From positions 153,296,502 through 153,360,501 of the forward strand of contig NC_090374.1 of NCBI RefSeq assembly GCF_036365525.1: a stretch of 64,000 bases of DNA, given 5' to 3'. The position numbers and the translations under genes were made by a program. This document shows, one piece after another, positions 36,678-49,500 of the stretch. The stretch comes from Heterodontus francisci. Its lineage: Eukaryota. Each line of letters opens with the position of its first letter. The stretch's first letter is position 1. The notes under the pieces are model-generated. The model saw only the letters and a list, made by a program, of their open reading frames with translations. It searched no databases and was not told the DNA's origin.

Positions 36678-39252
36678 TTGCTCCCCACTGATTAGTTGGT
36701 GTGCTGGCACTTAATGGAGTTTGTCAAGAGAGGATGGGGGAATTTGTATGAGAGAAGTTGGCAAAGCAGCCTAATTGCTGTGTTCTTGTTAAAACAGAAT
36801 ATGTAGTGGAACAATTGTCTGATCTGTTCCTTTGTAATAAATTTGCCAGTAGCATTGGTAGGAAAAGCAGACTGCTCAAACTGCTTTAAATCTGAGTGCA
36901 TAACAGCTGATGGTCCTTGACCTAACGAATAACAGCTTCATGTGACAGGCTTTTTTAGTAGTTCCCTGGTGGTTCCATGAGTTCTCTCAAGGAATAGCTG
37001 AGCCACACAGTCTAGAGCGACCACACCTTTAATTTTCAATCTGTGCTGATTGCTGCAGTGAAGGCTGTAGAGATGCTTCTCGAGGCCTTGGGAATCCCCT
37101 TTCGGGAAGGGGAAAGCTTCCCAGGGTTGCCACTCGTGAAACACTATCCCTGCTGAAAGTGTATTGGTGCATACATCAGGCATGGAAACAACTGGATTTG
37201 GCCCCTGTGGTGGACTGGCCTAATGACCCTCTCTATCAAGGCTCATTCACAACTATCACCCATGGAATGGTATCCCTGTGGGGAGGTGGGGTTAAGGAAT
37301 TAGTTTTCAGCAAATTGAGGGAAATAACACATGCATTACTTATTGTTTTGCAATTTCATTCCAATAAAGGGGGGAGTATGTGATACCAAAACATTCTTTT
37401 GCTGGTTCTGAACTGTAAAAATATTGATAGAAAATGGAGTATTCCTTGTTATTACACCATGTCAAAGAATGTGCTCTTTTGGCTGAAGCAGATTTTGTTT
37501 GGGAGACAGGAGGGACAATGTTATTTAGTGGCGGGGGGGTGGTGGGGTGGAGGATCACAAAATTATTATACAAGATGTTGAAGGAATATTTAACAAGAAA
37601 TATGGGCCATTAATCATTTCAATAATTTTATTAATTCTCGGGATGTAGATGTTGCTGGCAAGGTTGGCATTTGTTGCCCATCCCTAGTTGCCCTCGAGAA
37701 GGTGGTGGGTGGACCTTCTTGAACTGCTGCAGTCAGTATGGTGATGATACACCTACTGTTAGAATAAAATAATGTCATCAGAATGTCTTATACAGTCTTA
37801 GCACATAATATAGCTAATTTAGTATTCAGTGTAGCATGTTTGTAAAGTGATTAGAAATGAGGTGTATCATATGATTACAGAGCTGCCTTTTAGGCTGGAT
37901 AGCTAACAAGAGCAGGCAGGAACACTACAGAAGACCAGTAGGCTAATGTTTAGCTTTGAACAACTTTGAAACTGGATGACTGCCAACATGACAGGAGGCA
38001 TACTTATGCTACAGTTGTCACTGCTCTGAGACCTCTAGCAGCATGATTCACAAAACACTTCTGTACAAAAGCACTGCCACCGGTGCTGGCTTAACATGGA
38101 AGCTTATTAGTAATTCAGAGTTGTTTTACAGCATTATCTGTGCAATACTTCTGCTTTTCTGAAGATACCAAAGTTTAAAAAAAACCTACAACTGTACTTC
38201 TCTCTTTTCAGATTAATAAATAGAATTTTGATTTCAAGGGTAAATGTTTGACAAAGAAAATGACTCCGACAGTTGTGTTGGACAGAATAAAACTGTCACT
38301 GTTTTAGTACAAGAACTACGTGTATAAAGAGGATATTTTTCACAATATTTGCCTTTTTGTTAAGTAAAGTTGAAAAAAACTAATCTCTTCTGTAACTTCA
38401 TAAAAAGCATCATAGTATTTAGCAAATGTTTTGCTGCATTAAAGGTTTGTGAGCTGATTTGTGTGTGCCTTTCATTCTGGACTAATTTATGTTTTCCATT
38501 AAGTGTTTTTTCCTCAGATTGGTGCAGCATGCACTATCAACTGGCGCACATCTAGGTTGAACATTCATTGAGTTATGGCATCAGTGAAAATTGTAGAATC
38601 ACCTAACACATCCTGCTTGCTATACTGACTGATTTTCAGCATTCACAGCCAAACAACAGTAGAGATATCTTTCTCTGGGAAGAGAAGAAAGTGAAATCTG
38701 AAGTGTTCACTAGTTATTTAACACTAAATTTTAATAATGTTGTCTCAATGGGCACCAAGCTGACATTTATTTAAAAAAACTGTTTCAGTAGTTTGTTAAA
38801 TAAAGGACAGTGTAGCTTTACTATATCAAATGTACACACAACACAATGTTTTTTGGAAGTAACACCATAGCTTGTTCCCACCATTCCCAGGAGGAACAGG
38901 CAGACTAGTGGCAGATATCTGCCAGTGTTGCTTTTAGCTGGAAAATGGATGAGAGCAGTTTGGGAGGTTTGACCTTTTTGTGTCTTCCTCTGGTTGACGG
39001 CCTCCTTTTGGCCCAACTGAAACTGGGAACTTGCTCTGAGTAGAGATGATGCCATCAGTTACCATTGTTGGGGCAACTCAGTGCAAAAAGGTAGCTGTGT
39101 CTTTGTAGCAATGAAACTATATTACTTAAATCGGCACAACAAGCTGAGTTCAACCGTATACAGATCACAAAAAAAGTTAATAGTGCAAATATTGAAATGT
39201 GGCATCTTTCAAATTAAATCATGGCATTAAACAAGTAAGCTAGTTAGTGTAA

Positions 39253-39385
39253 TAAAAACAAAATACTGCGGATGCTGGAAATCTGAAAAAGAAACAAGAA
39301 ATGCTGGAAATACTCTGCAGGTCTGGCAGCTTTTGTGGAGAGAGAAGCAGAGTTAACTTTTCGGGTCAGTGACCCTTCGGAACTG
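39253..39385 (+). mobile_element. Penelope-like element terminal repeat fragment
   Basis: aaaatactgcggatgctggaaatctgaaa..gaaatgctggaaatactc..caggtctggcagc, repeated at about 40937, 56613 and 61622. Family assignment from memory. Confidence 0.6.
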
Positions 39386-39769
39386 AAGTTAGTTAGTGTA
39401 TTTGGAGCTTGGTGTTTCAGCTGCAAACATAAGTTATGAGGCAGTTATCAAAGTGGAAGAGCTGTGGAGCAACACAGGTTTCAGGTTGAAGTTAGAGCTG
39501 ACTCCTTCAAACAGCTCGCACTGTCTTCTGGAGCTCCACGTCTACACCTTGCCACCACCACCTTGGCCTTCAGCAAGCTCCTTAAGTTAAGATCCATCAC
39601 TTGGATGTTATTTCTGCCTCCTCCCCTCCCCCACATCAAATACCACTCTGTAAAGCCCTCTGAGATCACAGGAGGAGGCCATTTGGATGACTTTGGTAAA
39701 GCTTGTCGTTTGGATGAAATATTAATCTGTCACCCCCATCTTTCCTCTCAGGTGTACATAAAAAAACTA

Positions 39770-40885
39770 GTCCCTCTTTCCCCCGGACCTGCTTTTTCCC
39801 TTCAAGTATTTATCCAGTTCTCTTTTTGAATGTTACTATTGAATCTGCTTCCACCACCCTTTCAGAGCGTGTACTCCAGATCATAACAGCTCACTTTTTT
39901 CTTTTTTAAAAAATGTTATTCATTTGTGTGCATTGCTGACTAAGCCAGCATTTATTGCCTATCCCTAATTACCCTTGACAACTGAGTGGCTTGCTAAGCC
40001 ATTTCAGAGGGCAGTTAAGAGTCAACCACATTGCTGTGGGTCTGAAGTCACATGTAGGCCAGACCAGGTAAAGTTAGCAGATTTCCTTCCCTAAAGGACA
40101 TTAGTGAATCAGATGGGTTTTTAACAACAATTGACAATGCACTATTAGACCAGCATTTTAATTCCAGATTTATTAATTGAATTCAAATTTCACCATCTGC
40201 TGTGATGGGATTCAAGACCACACCCCCAGAGCATTAGTCTGGGTTCTGGATTACTTGTCCAGTGGCATTACCACTACGCCACCACCTCCCCCTAATCTCT
40301 TTAAATCTGTGTCCTCTAGTTACCAATCATAATGCCACTGGAAAGTTTCTTATTTATTCCATAAGACTGATTTTGTAAACTTCTATCAAATTTCCTTAAC
40401 CTTCTCCACTCTAAGGAGAACAACCTCAGCTTTTCCAGTCTCGTCACATAACTGAAGTTCCTCATCCCTGGTACCATTCTATTAAATCGCCTCTGTACCC
40501 TCTCGAGGCCTTAACATCCTTCATAATTGAAAGCACTACTCCAGCTGGGGCCTAAGCAGTGTTTTATAAAGGTTTAGCATAACGTATTAGCTTTTGTATT
40601 CTATCCTATTAATAAAGCCAAGAGTTCCATATTTATTAAATAGCCTTTTCAACTTGTCCTGCCACTTTCAAAGATTTATGTACATAGACCCCCCCCCCCC
40701 CAGGTCTCTTTGTTCCTGCACCCCTATCAAATTATACCTTTTAGTTTATATTGCCTCTCCTCATTCTTCCTACCAAAATGAATTACTTCACAGTTCTGTT
40801 AAATTTCATCCGCCGTGTGTCTGCTTGTTTCACCAGTCTATGTCCTCCTGAAGTCTTTTACTATCCTCCACATTGCTTACTACAT
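39770..40885 (-). mobile_element. Old CR1 3' fragment with a nested family B SINE (about 39905-40292)
   Basis: CR1 C-terminal region similarity interrupted by a full SINE family B copy. Confidence 0.75.
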
Positions 40886-40936
40886 TCCTGAGATGTCTCT
40901 TAATATAGACTGTGTACTATAGAATTTCTTTTTTAA

Positions 40937-41560
40937 AGCACAATACTGCAGATGCTGGAAAGCTGAAATAAAAACAGGAAATTCAGGAAACACTGCATCT
41001 GTAGAGAGAGGAAGGTAGGGCTAATGTTTCAAGTCTATGACCTTTTGTCAGAACCAGGAAATGTTACAGATAAATATTTTCTGAAGGGAAGCCGAGGAAA
41101 GGAATGTGGGGAAGTGATGAAAAAAATGATGCGATTTGGTGGCGGACCTTTAAATGAGATCTTTAAATGAAAGAGTAATAATCGTGCCATAGAAGCAATG
41201 TTGAAAGATTCTTCCATCATACTGGAACCCTGCTTCTCTTCCCTTTTGCTAATCTCCTGTGACCACTCACCCTCCTCTGGGTTTCGGAGACATCTTTAAT
41301 TTCTCTAATTTCTCATTATTGGCTCCTTTTTTACTCCATATTCACTCTGTCATTTAATGATTTCCTGGCCTCCACCTAGACTGCTTCCCCTACACACCCC
41401 GTCCCCAAAACAAAGTCTCTTCCCTGCCCCCTTTTCTCTGGCTCTACTCTTTATGAAATACTCATCCAGAACATCATAGTGGTTCCCATTAAACATTAAC
41501 AGTATCTTCCTCTCTACAGATTCTGTTGACCTGCTGAGTGTTTCCAAGAAACAAAAATAA
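40937..41560. mobile_element. Penelope-like non-autonomous element with inverted termini
   Basis: Terminal motif on + at 40937-41055 and on - at about 41490-41560 (ctctctacagattctgttgacctgctgagtgtttcca). Confidence 0.5.
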
Positions 41561-41704
41561 AAATGGTGTGTTTAACTAAAAAAAAAAGAGCCATAACAAT
41601 CACTTTATTACTCCTGAGACTGTAAGCCTCTGCCTCTCTTATCTCTTCCCCACCTGACAATGATTTGCCTAACCTAGATGACTGATAATGTGGACAGGAG
41701 CTTT

Positions 41705-42062
41705 ATTCTTTATTCGTTTTTGGGATGTGGGTATTTGTGTTGTCCCCAGTTGCTTTAGAGTGCAGTTAATAGATAACCATGTTGATGTCAGAGTGGAGTG
41801 GCATATAGGCAAGATTGGATATGGGTAATACGTTTCTGTCCCTAAAGGACAATAGTTTGTTTTTTATGACAACACAACGGCTTCAGGTTCGGTGGGTTGA
41901 ATGCCCTCCTTCCCTGCTGTTTCAGTCTGTGATTTACTAGTGCCAACCTTTTATTACCATATTTTTAAAAAACTGAATTTAAATTCTAAAACTGCCGTGA
42001 TTGAATTTGAATTCACATTCTCTGCATTGTTAGGCCAGTAACATAACCAATACACTACCATA
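41705..42062 (-). mobile_element. Degraded tRNA-derived SINE family B
   Basis: gggatgtggg, ccctaaaggaca and gaatttgaattc motifs in the expected order. Confidence 0.6.
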
Positions 42063-42383
42063 TCCTTTGTTGTTTAAATTGGTGAATAAGCCTGATTTCA
42101 ATAATAGCTTGCTTCTGTTAATTGGATGATCACAAAATTGTACACAATAGTCTTAATTTTATTTAATTTCTCATTTGCTGTATGAGCGCGGAGGCTATCT
42201 ACCTTTCAAGATTTCAGGGGTCTTGACTTACTTTCATGCTCAAGCTTCTTCAATGTGAACTAAATTAGATTGGGTAAATAAGCTGCATACTGTCCTTTCA
42301 GTTCTGCATGTTGTGTATTCCCACAGTAATGGCCTGAATTCTCTTTTGCTGGTTGTACTGACACAAAAATGTGAAAATAGTTG

Positions 42384-42772
42384 GGGCAGTCTTGGTTCAG
42401 TGCTTCCACTTTTGCCTCTGGGTTAGAAGATTTTGGTTCAAGTCCCATCCAGAGATTTGACCATATAATTCATTACTTCATTAGTGAGGGAGCGATGTGC
42501 TGTTAGAGGTATTGCCTTTTGGATGAGACATTAAACTCTTTAATGTCTGCTCTCTCAGATGAATGTTAAAGATTCAATGGAATTCTTCCTGGTGTCCTGG
42601 CCAATATTTATCCCTAACCAACATTAGTATTATCTGGTCATTATCTCATTGCTGTTGTGGGACCTTGCTGTGCACAAATTGGCTGCTGCATTTACAGCAG
42701 TGCTTAATTTACTGTAAAGTGCTTTCAGATGTCCTTTGGAAAGGTGCTATATATGTGTTATGTATTTCTTTC
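42384..42772 (+). mobile_element. DeuSINE (SacSINE1-like)
   Basis: B box ggttcaagtccc, ggatgagacattaaac, ggtgtcctggccaatatttatccc, gggaccttgctgtgcacaaattggctgc. Confidence 0.8.
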
Positions 42773-43802
42773 TTAATATAGCACAAAACTGGTAATCTCA
42801 CTCCAGCCACAGTTTAGTTGGTCTGGGAAATGGAAAAATCCACCAAGGTTGGGGCTGGGGTAAGATACATGGGAGCATTTTTGATACTAAATTAGTAAAG
42901 CTTAGTAATAGGAAAATTGGAGAGCCATCAACATTTATATTAAAGGGTGGGTTAAAGAATTATATAAACAGGGATAAAGACAAAAGTCAAGCGTATTTTT
43001 CATAAGTAAAGCTTGATGTGTTGCCACACAAGCAATGTGAAATGACCAAAAACTTTTGAGGTGAGTTGTTACTTAACAGTATTAAAGTAGGATTGCTAAA
43101 ACAGATGCTACATATCTTGCAAATTATCAATCTTCAAACTAAATCCAATTGCAACCAGTCAGGTAAAACCATGACACTGTTGTCTTGACAACTCCAATTA
43201 CACACCACTAATGATAGGGGAGAAAAGATGTATTTATAAAATTATATTTTCTATCTCAATGTATTTCATGTACTATCAATTACTTTGGTTGGAGTGAAAT
43301 TACTTATTTAGACAAATGTGGCAATCATTTTATATGCAGCAAGATCACAAAAACATGAATAGGATTATGACTAGTTAATATATTTCTAATGGTGGTGGTT
43401 GAGGTGGAATGTTTTCCCAGACGCTGGAAGAACTATGTGTTCTTCTTTGAATTGTGCCCTGAGATCTTTTACATCCTCCTGAAAATGGAGACAGAGCCTC
43501 AGTTTTAGCAAAGGACATCGGCTCTGATAATATAATTCTTGCTATTGCCATAGAGTGCCAGATTACATTACATTGAATCCACAGCACAGAGACAGGCCAT
43601 TCAGCCCAACTGGTCTATTCTGGGGTTTTATACATCACATATTCTCCAAAACGGCTCTTGGGCAGAGAGGTCCTCACTATTCACGTCTATCTGTGGCCAT
43701 CTGCTGCCAGCCGTTGCTCTTTCTTCCCACTGAATCCTCTTTTCTGCTGTTTAAGTTGCCCTGATTCTAACAGGTGCATATTTAGCCTAAAGTTCAAGTT
43801 GC

Positions 43803-43865
43803 CTTTGGCCTCCTTATCTCGAGAAACAATGGGTAAGCGCCTGGAGGTGGTCAGTGGTGTGTGGA
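43803..43865 (-). mobile_element. RTE family B extreme 3' tail
   Basis: ggcctccttatctcgagaaacaatgggtaagcgcctggaggtggtcagtgg, nearly identical to 6383-6433. Confidence 0.9.
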
Positions 43866-44763
43866 TGTGTTTTTTCCTTCAAATTCCTGGCTTCACTGGG
43901 CATCAGGATCATGTTTCTGCGCACTACATTGGAAAAATGTAAGACTCTGCTTCGGTCTATAATCTGTTGCTATTTTTATTGTTTTTCTGAGGTGAGCTGT
44001 GCAAAAGATCTGGAAAGATCTAGATCTTCTTTCAAACTTGGCTTCAAATGTCTGGACTAATCTCAACATCAAGAAGATGTTTTTGCTCTGGACTACACTA
44101 GCTATAGCATAATACCCAACTTTGTCTCTGAATTGCTGCTCTGTTGTGATATTTAAAGGAACTTTGATCAGTTTACTGTCCTTCCCCCCACTACTGCTAT
44201 GATTGAGAGACTTCAATCTCCTGCTGAGCCTGTGACTGGCCACTGGTTTTTCTGCTTCAGCCTGTTCCTGGCTGAAGATCGCTCGCTTGTGCTGAGTTCA
44301 CTCCTAAGCAACCTACAATCATTGTGGATTGCTCACCTGAGGGCGTAGTAGCTGGAGGGTTTGGGGGATAAAGGTGGCAATCTGGGGGTGGGAAGCAGTG
44401 ACCTGTAGCTGCTCCCTTCGCAAACCTGGAGGACAAGATCACGCTTACATTTGTGCTGATCTTGGTCCCAGCCTGTTGAGGCTTTCAATATTAACAACAT
44501 CAAGAGCTAATGGCTAAGGGAATAAACTCGACAAAATCTGGAGTGAAGTCCCATGAGGCGGCTGGTGTTTCCCTCAAGTTAGCACCTTTCGGCAACTCCT
44601 GTAACTGAATAGGCCCCAGACGTTTAGGCTTTTGTCTTTCTTCTGGACACCAGACTATGAGGTCAAGAGGGGGGTGCGGATGCAGTCTGCCCCTCCTAGA
44701 GCCATGACCAGGCTATGCAGCAAACAAAGGTAACGCTTTGGCTTGGAAGCTGGAAGCTGAGGA

Positions 44764-45098
44764 TTAGATTAGAGATACAGCACTGAAACAGGCCTTTCGG
44801 CCCACCGAGTCTGAGCCGAACATCAACCACCCATTTATACTAATCCCATATTCCTACCAAACATCCCCACCTGTCCCTATATTTCCCTACCACCTACCTA
44901 TACTAGTGACAATTTATAATGGCCAATTTACCTATCAACCTGCAAGTCTTTTGGCTTGTGGGAGGAAACCGGAGCACCCGGAGAAAACCCACGCAGACAC
45001 AGGGAGAACTTGCAAACTCCACACAGGCAGTACCCAGAATCGAACCCGGGTCCCTGGAGCTGTGAGGCTGCGCTGCTAACCAGTGCGCCACTGTGCCA
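44764..45098 (-). mobile_element. HE1-type SINE nested in RTE family A copy 2
   Basis: Full tRNA head, core and CR1-like tail. Confidence 0.9.
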
Positions 45099-47573
45099 TG
45101 GAATGGAGAATGACCCACACTCCACAGCAAGTGTTTGCAAGACAGCCCTTATAGACTGTGATCTACACAAACTTGGTTTCAACATTGCCGTTGGACAAGA
45201 AACCAGATTAGCTGACACAGGCTCTATCCAAGAGGGTATTTGCAGCTTTTACTGACATGGAAAGAGCGCTGAAGATTGCCGTGAACATGGTGTATGTAGG
45301 CTTTGCAGTGAGCAATCGGCTGACACAGTCAATTGAGCCACCAGTAGCAACCTCAGAACGCCTCATCTTGCGGTTATCATCCGATGGAGGCACAGTCAAC
45401 ATCATATGTGACTATGCATCAAATCTGAATGCCAGTGTCTCAGATAAAGAGCATTTTATGACACCCTAGATGACGTTCTGAGGAACATCCCAAAGGGCGA
45501 GAAGCTATTCAACCTGGGTGACTTCAATGCACGTGTTAGGGCAGACAGTGATTCATAGCCAACGTGCCTCGGTCATCATGGGGTGGGCAAGATAACGATA
45601 ATGGACAATGCCTTCTAGAGCTTTGTGTCCTGAATGAACTCTGCATCACCAACACCTTCTTCCAGGGCAGACCTCATCACGAGGTATCAAGGTCTGGTCG
45701 TTGCCACCAACTAGACATAGTCATCATGGGGTGGTGCAATCTAGGTATTAACATCCCTTGCATAATCAATGATGCCAAATACCAGCACTTTGCACTGTCG
45801 CTAGAACGCTTGCAACTCACCAAAGTCTTAATGGGAAGCACTACTGCTGGTGTCTATGAAGTTTGAAAGTCACTAAGGTCAATCATCTATGAAGCAGCAG
45901 AAGCATCATTTGGTAAAGGCAGTACCCACAACAAGGACTGGTTTGAGACCGACTCAGCTGCAATGATATCTGTCATTGATGCAAAAAAACAAAGTCTACA
46001 TGATGCACAATATAAACCCAACAGCTAAGACACTGCACGACCTGAAAGTAGCCAAGACAGCCATGCAAAGGAGAGGGAGACACTGCGCAAACACTGGATC
46101 AGCCATTGTCAAGAAATAAAAACTGCATGTGACAAAGGAAATCCACGAGCTATGTAGGAAGGGATCATGCAGGCGCCTGGCCCTGCTGTCACCAAAGTTG
46201 CTCCCCTGAAGTTGGCAGATGGTGAAGTACTCACCAACTGAGGTAAACAGATGTCCCGCTGGGCTGATCACTACCGTGAGCTGTGCCCCTGTGAATCAGA
46301 CATCTCCCAGTCTGCACTTGCACTCTCCCACATCCTCCTGTCATGGATGTGTTAGATGAAGAACCCTCATCGCTGGAGCTCGAGAAGGCCATAGACCGCC
46401 TGGTGAACAGAAGGGCACCGGACAAGGACAGAATCCCAGCCAACCTGCTCAAGCACGGAAAGTCCCATCTATTGCCACACCTTTATGACCTTCTCCTTCT
46501 CTGCTGGAAAGTAGGCTCTGTTCCACAGGAGATGTGTGATGCCAACATCATCACACTATACAAAAACAAAGGTGACAGAGGAGTCTGCAACAACTACAGG
46601 AGCATCTCACTCATTAGCATCACTCAAGTTAACGTAAGCAACAAAGTGGTATTATGAAAAATAATGGGACTAAATACCAACAAATCCCTAGGGCCTGATG
46701 GTTTCACCCCAAGGTTTTAATGGAAGTAGGTGAAGAGATTGCAGATACTTTAACCATAGCCTTCCAAAGAGCTCTTGTTTCAGGAATTGTCCCTTTAGAT
46801 TGGAAAATTGCAAATGTATCTATTATTTAAGAAAGTTGAGAGAGAAGCCAGGAAATTATAGATCTGTCAGTCTAACATCTGTTGTGGAGAAGTTATTGGA
46901 ATCTAAACTTAGAATGACTGAGTGCACAGAAATTTGAGCTTATTAGGGAGAACCAACATGATTTGTAAAGGATAGATTACATCCAATGAACCTAATTGAA
47001 TTTTCTGAGGAAACAACTAAAGTTATAGACAGGGGAACATTTGTGGATGTAGTTTATATTGACTTTCAGAAGGTATTCGATGGGGTTCAACATAAGAGAC
47101 TGTTAATTAAAATTGAAATTGGAATTGAAGGCAAATTATTATTCTTGTCAGGAAACTGATTAGTGGTAGAAGACAAAGTTTCAGGATAATGGGTATATAC
47201 TCAAATTGGAACAAAATGACGAGTGGTGTCTTACAAGGATCTGTGTTGTATTTACAAATGACTTAGATAACACAATAGAGAGCCATGCATACAAGTATAC
47301 TGATGATACTAAGATTGGTGACATAGAAAGTCGTGTAGACAGAAGCATTAAGTTACAGATAGATTAACTGAGTGGGCAGATGGATTTCAAAGGAGGGAAG
47401 TGTGAAGTAGGATCAAGAAAGGATAGATTCCAGTATCTTTAAATGGTGAAAAGCTAGGAACAGCGATGGTCCAAAGAGATTTAGGGGTCCATGTACATAG
47501 ATCACTAAAATGAAGTAGTCATGTACAAAAAATAGTTAAGGAAGCGAAAGAAATATTAGCCTTTACAACTAGA

Positions 47574-47918
47574 GGGTGGCACAGTGGCGCAGTGGTTAGC
47601 ACCGCAGCCTCACAGCTCCAGCGACCCGGGTTCAATTCTGGGTGCTGCCTGTGTGGAGTTTGCAAGTTCTCCCTGTGTCTGCGTGGGTTTTCTCCGGGTG
47701 CTCCGGTTTCCTCCCACAAGCCAAAAAGACTTGCAGGTTGATAGGTAAATTGGCCATTATAAATTGCCCTAGTATAGGTAGGTGGTAGGGAAATATAGGG
47801 TCACGTGGGGATGCAGTAGGAATATGGGATTAGTGTAGGATTAGTATAAAATGGGTGGTTGATGGTCGGCACAGACTCGGTGGGCCGAAGGGCCTGTTTC
47901 AGTGCTGTATCTCTAAAC
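47574..47918 (+). mobile_element. HE1-type SINE
   Basis: Near-identical to the other HE1 copies. Confidence 0.9.
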
Positions 47919-47940
47919 ATAAAGGGGAGGAAGTTTTGCT

Positions 47941-48207
47941 CTTTCTTCTTTTTTTTTCTTTTGGGCCTCCTTATCTCGAGAGACAATGGATACGCGCCTG
48001 GAGGTGGTCAGTGGTTTGTGAAGCAGCGCCTGGAGTGGCTATAAAGGCCAATTCTTGAGTGACAGGCTCTTCCACAGGTGCTGCAGAGAAATTTGTTTGT
48101 CGGGGCTGTTGCACAGTTGGCTCTCCCCTTGCGCCTCTGTCTTTTTTCCTGCCAACTACTAAGTCTCTTCGACTCGCCACATTTTAGCCCTGTCTTTATG
48201 GCTGCCC
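47941..48207 (-). mobile_element. RTE family B 3' fragment
   Basis: Near-identical to 6377-6620, with an (AAG)n/A-rich tail on the minus strand. Confidence 0.92.
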
Positions 48208-48714
48208 TGGTAAAGTCCTGGTTAGACTACATCTGGAGTACTGTGTACAGTTCTGGGCACCACACCTGAAATTCGCCTTGGAAGTAGTGCAGCGCAGATT
48301 CACCAGAATGTTACCAGGAGAAAGATTACATAAAGTAGACTTTTATTCCTGGCGTATAGAAGGTGAAAAGGTGACTCAATTGAGGTTTTTAGGATTTTGA
48401 AAGGAATTGATAGGGTAGTTGGAGCAAAACCTGTTCCACTGGTGGGGGAGTCTAGGACATGGGGACATGACCTTAAAATGATGGCCAGGGCATTTAGGAA
48501 AGAAGTTCGGAAACATGTTTTCAAACAAAGGATAGTAGAAATCTCTCCCACAAAAAGCAGTAGATACCCACAATTAATAAATTTAAATTTGAGATTGGTG
48601 ATTTTTGCTAACCAAAGGTATTAAGGTATATGGAACCAAGGCAGGTAAATAGAGTTAAGACATAGATCAGTCATGAACAGGCACTGAATGGCTCACTCCT
48701 TTTCCTATGTTTAT

Positions 48715-49500
48715 TTGGCAGTGAGTTCCACATGCTCATCGTTCTCTATGTAAAGAAATTCCTCCTAAATTCTTTACTTGATTTCTTTATGCTTCCTTCC
48801 TCTGGACTCAACCACTAATTTTCTCCACATCCATCCTATCAAACCCCTTTAATAACTTTAAAGAACCCTATCAGGTCTCCTCTTAATGTTCTGTTTTCCA
48901 GAGAAACAGCCTGAGCCTGCTCAATATTTCCTGATAGTTACATCCTCTGAATTCTGATAACATCCTTCTAAACCTTTTCTGCACATTCTCCATGTGCTTC
49001 AATATGCTTTTTTGTAGTATGGAGAATAGAACTGCACATAGTACTCTTAAGTGTGTGTCTGATCACCTCTCTTTCCCTCTTTAAGATATTCCACAAAACC
49101 TACCTCTTCCACCAAGCTTTTGGTCACCTGTCCTAATGACTCATTTGGCTTGATATAAATTTATTGTCTGATTATGCTCCTGGGAAGCACCTTGGGACAT
49201 TTTACTATGCTAAAGGCATCTATAAATGCAAATTGTTCTAACCAATGCTCTATATAAATTTTAACATTACTTCCCTGCTTTTGTATTCTATTCCTCTAGA
49301 AATTAATCCCAGTATTCTATTTGCATTCTGTATGACTTTACCAACTTGCATTGCCACTTTTAGTGATTTATGTATTTGTATTCCCAGATCTCTTTGCTCC
49401 TCTACCACATTTAGTTTCTTGCCTTCCAAGAAATAGGCAGTCTCCTTATTCTTCCTAGAGATGAACCACGTGACACTTCATTATATTGAATTTAATTTTC
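48715..49500 (-). mobile_element. Old CR1 3' region fragment (with a small nested repeat)
   Basis: Degenerate CR1 C-terminal sequence (aactgcacatagtactc, cccagatctctttgctcc). Confidence 0.6.

Larger units (their letters stand above)
43665..46623 (+). mobile_element. RTE family A copy 2 (5' extension, 5'UTR, APE, start of RT), 3' end missing
   Basis: Collinear with the reverse complement of 4040-5443 plus 10359-11740. KTALIDCDLHKLG..QETRL, DEEPSSLELEKAID, YKNKGDRGVCNNYRSISL. Confidence 0.92.
46624..48710 (+). mobile_element. Old CR1 LINE RT region and 3' end, interrupted by a HE1 SINE and an RTE-B fragment
   Basis: Degenerate CR1 ORF2 (ggaaattatagatctgtcagtctaacatctg, gactttcagaagg, agtggtgtcttacaaggatctgtg). 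Confidence 0.8.

Noticed and set aside
36938-39829. ORFs of 81-121 aa downstream of REST
   Set aside because: No recognisable domain and no consistent exon chain. None resembles NOA1 or POLR2B.
44120-44175. SELLLCCDI*RNFDQ in the RTE-A 5' extension, reminiscent of 2A-like LLLxGDxExNPGP peptides in LINEs
   Set aside because: The invariant NPGP is absent and both copies have a stop at the same position. Too many changes are needed.
47592-47620. RE1-like half-sites (AGCACC..ACAGCTCC) in HE1 SINE heads as REST autoregulatory sites
   Set aside because: Spacing and key GG/TC bases do not fit RE1, and the sequence is explained by the tRNA-derived head.
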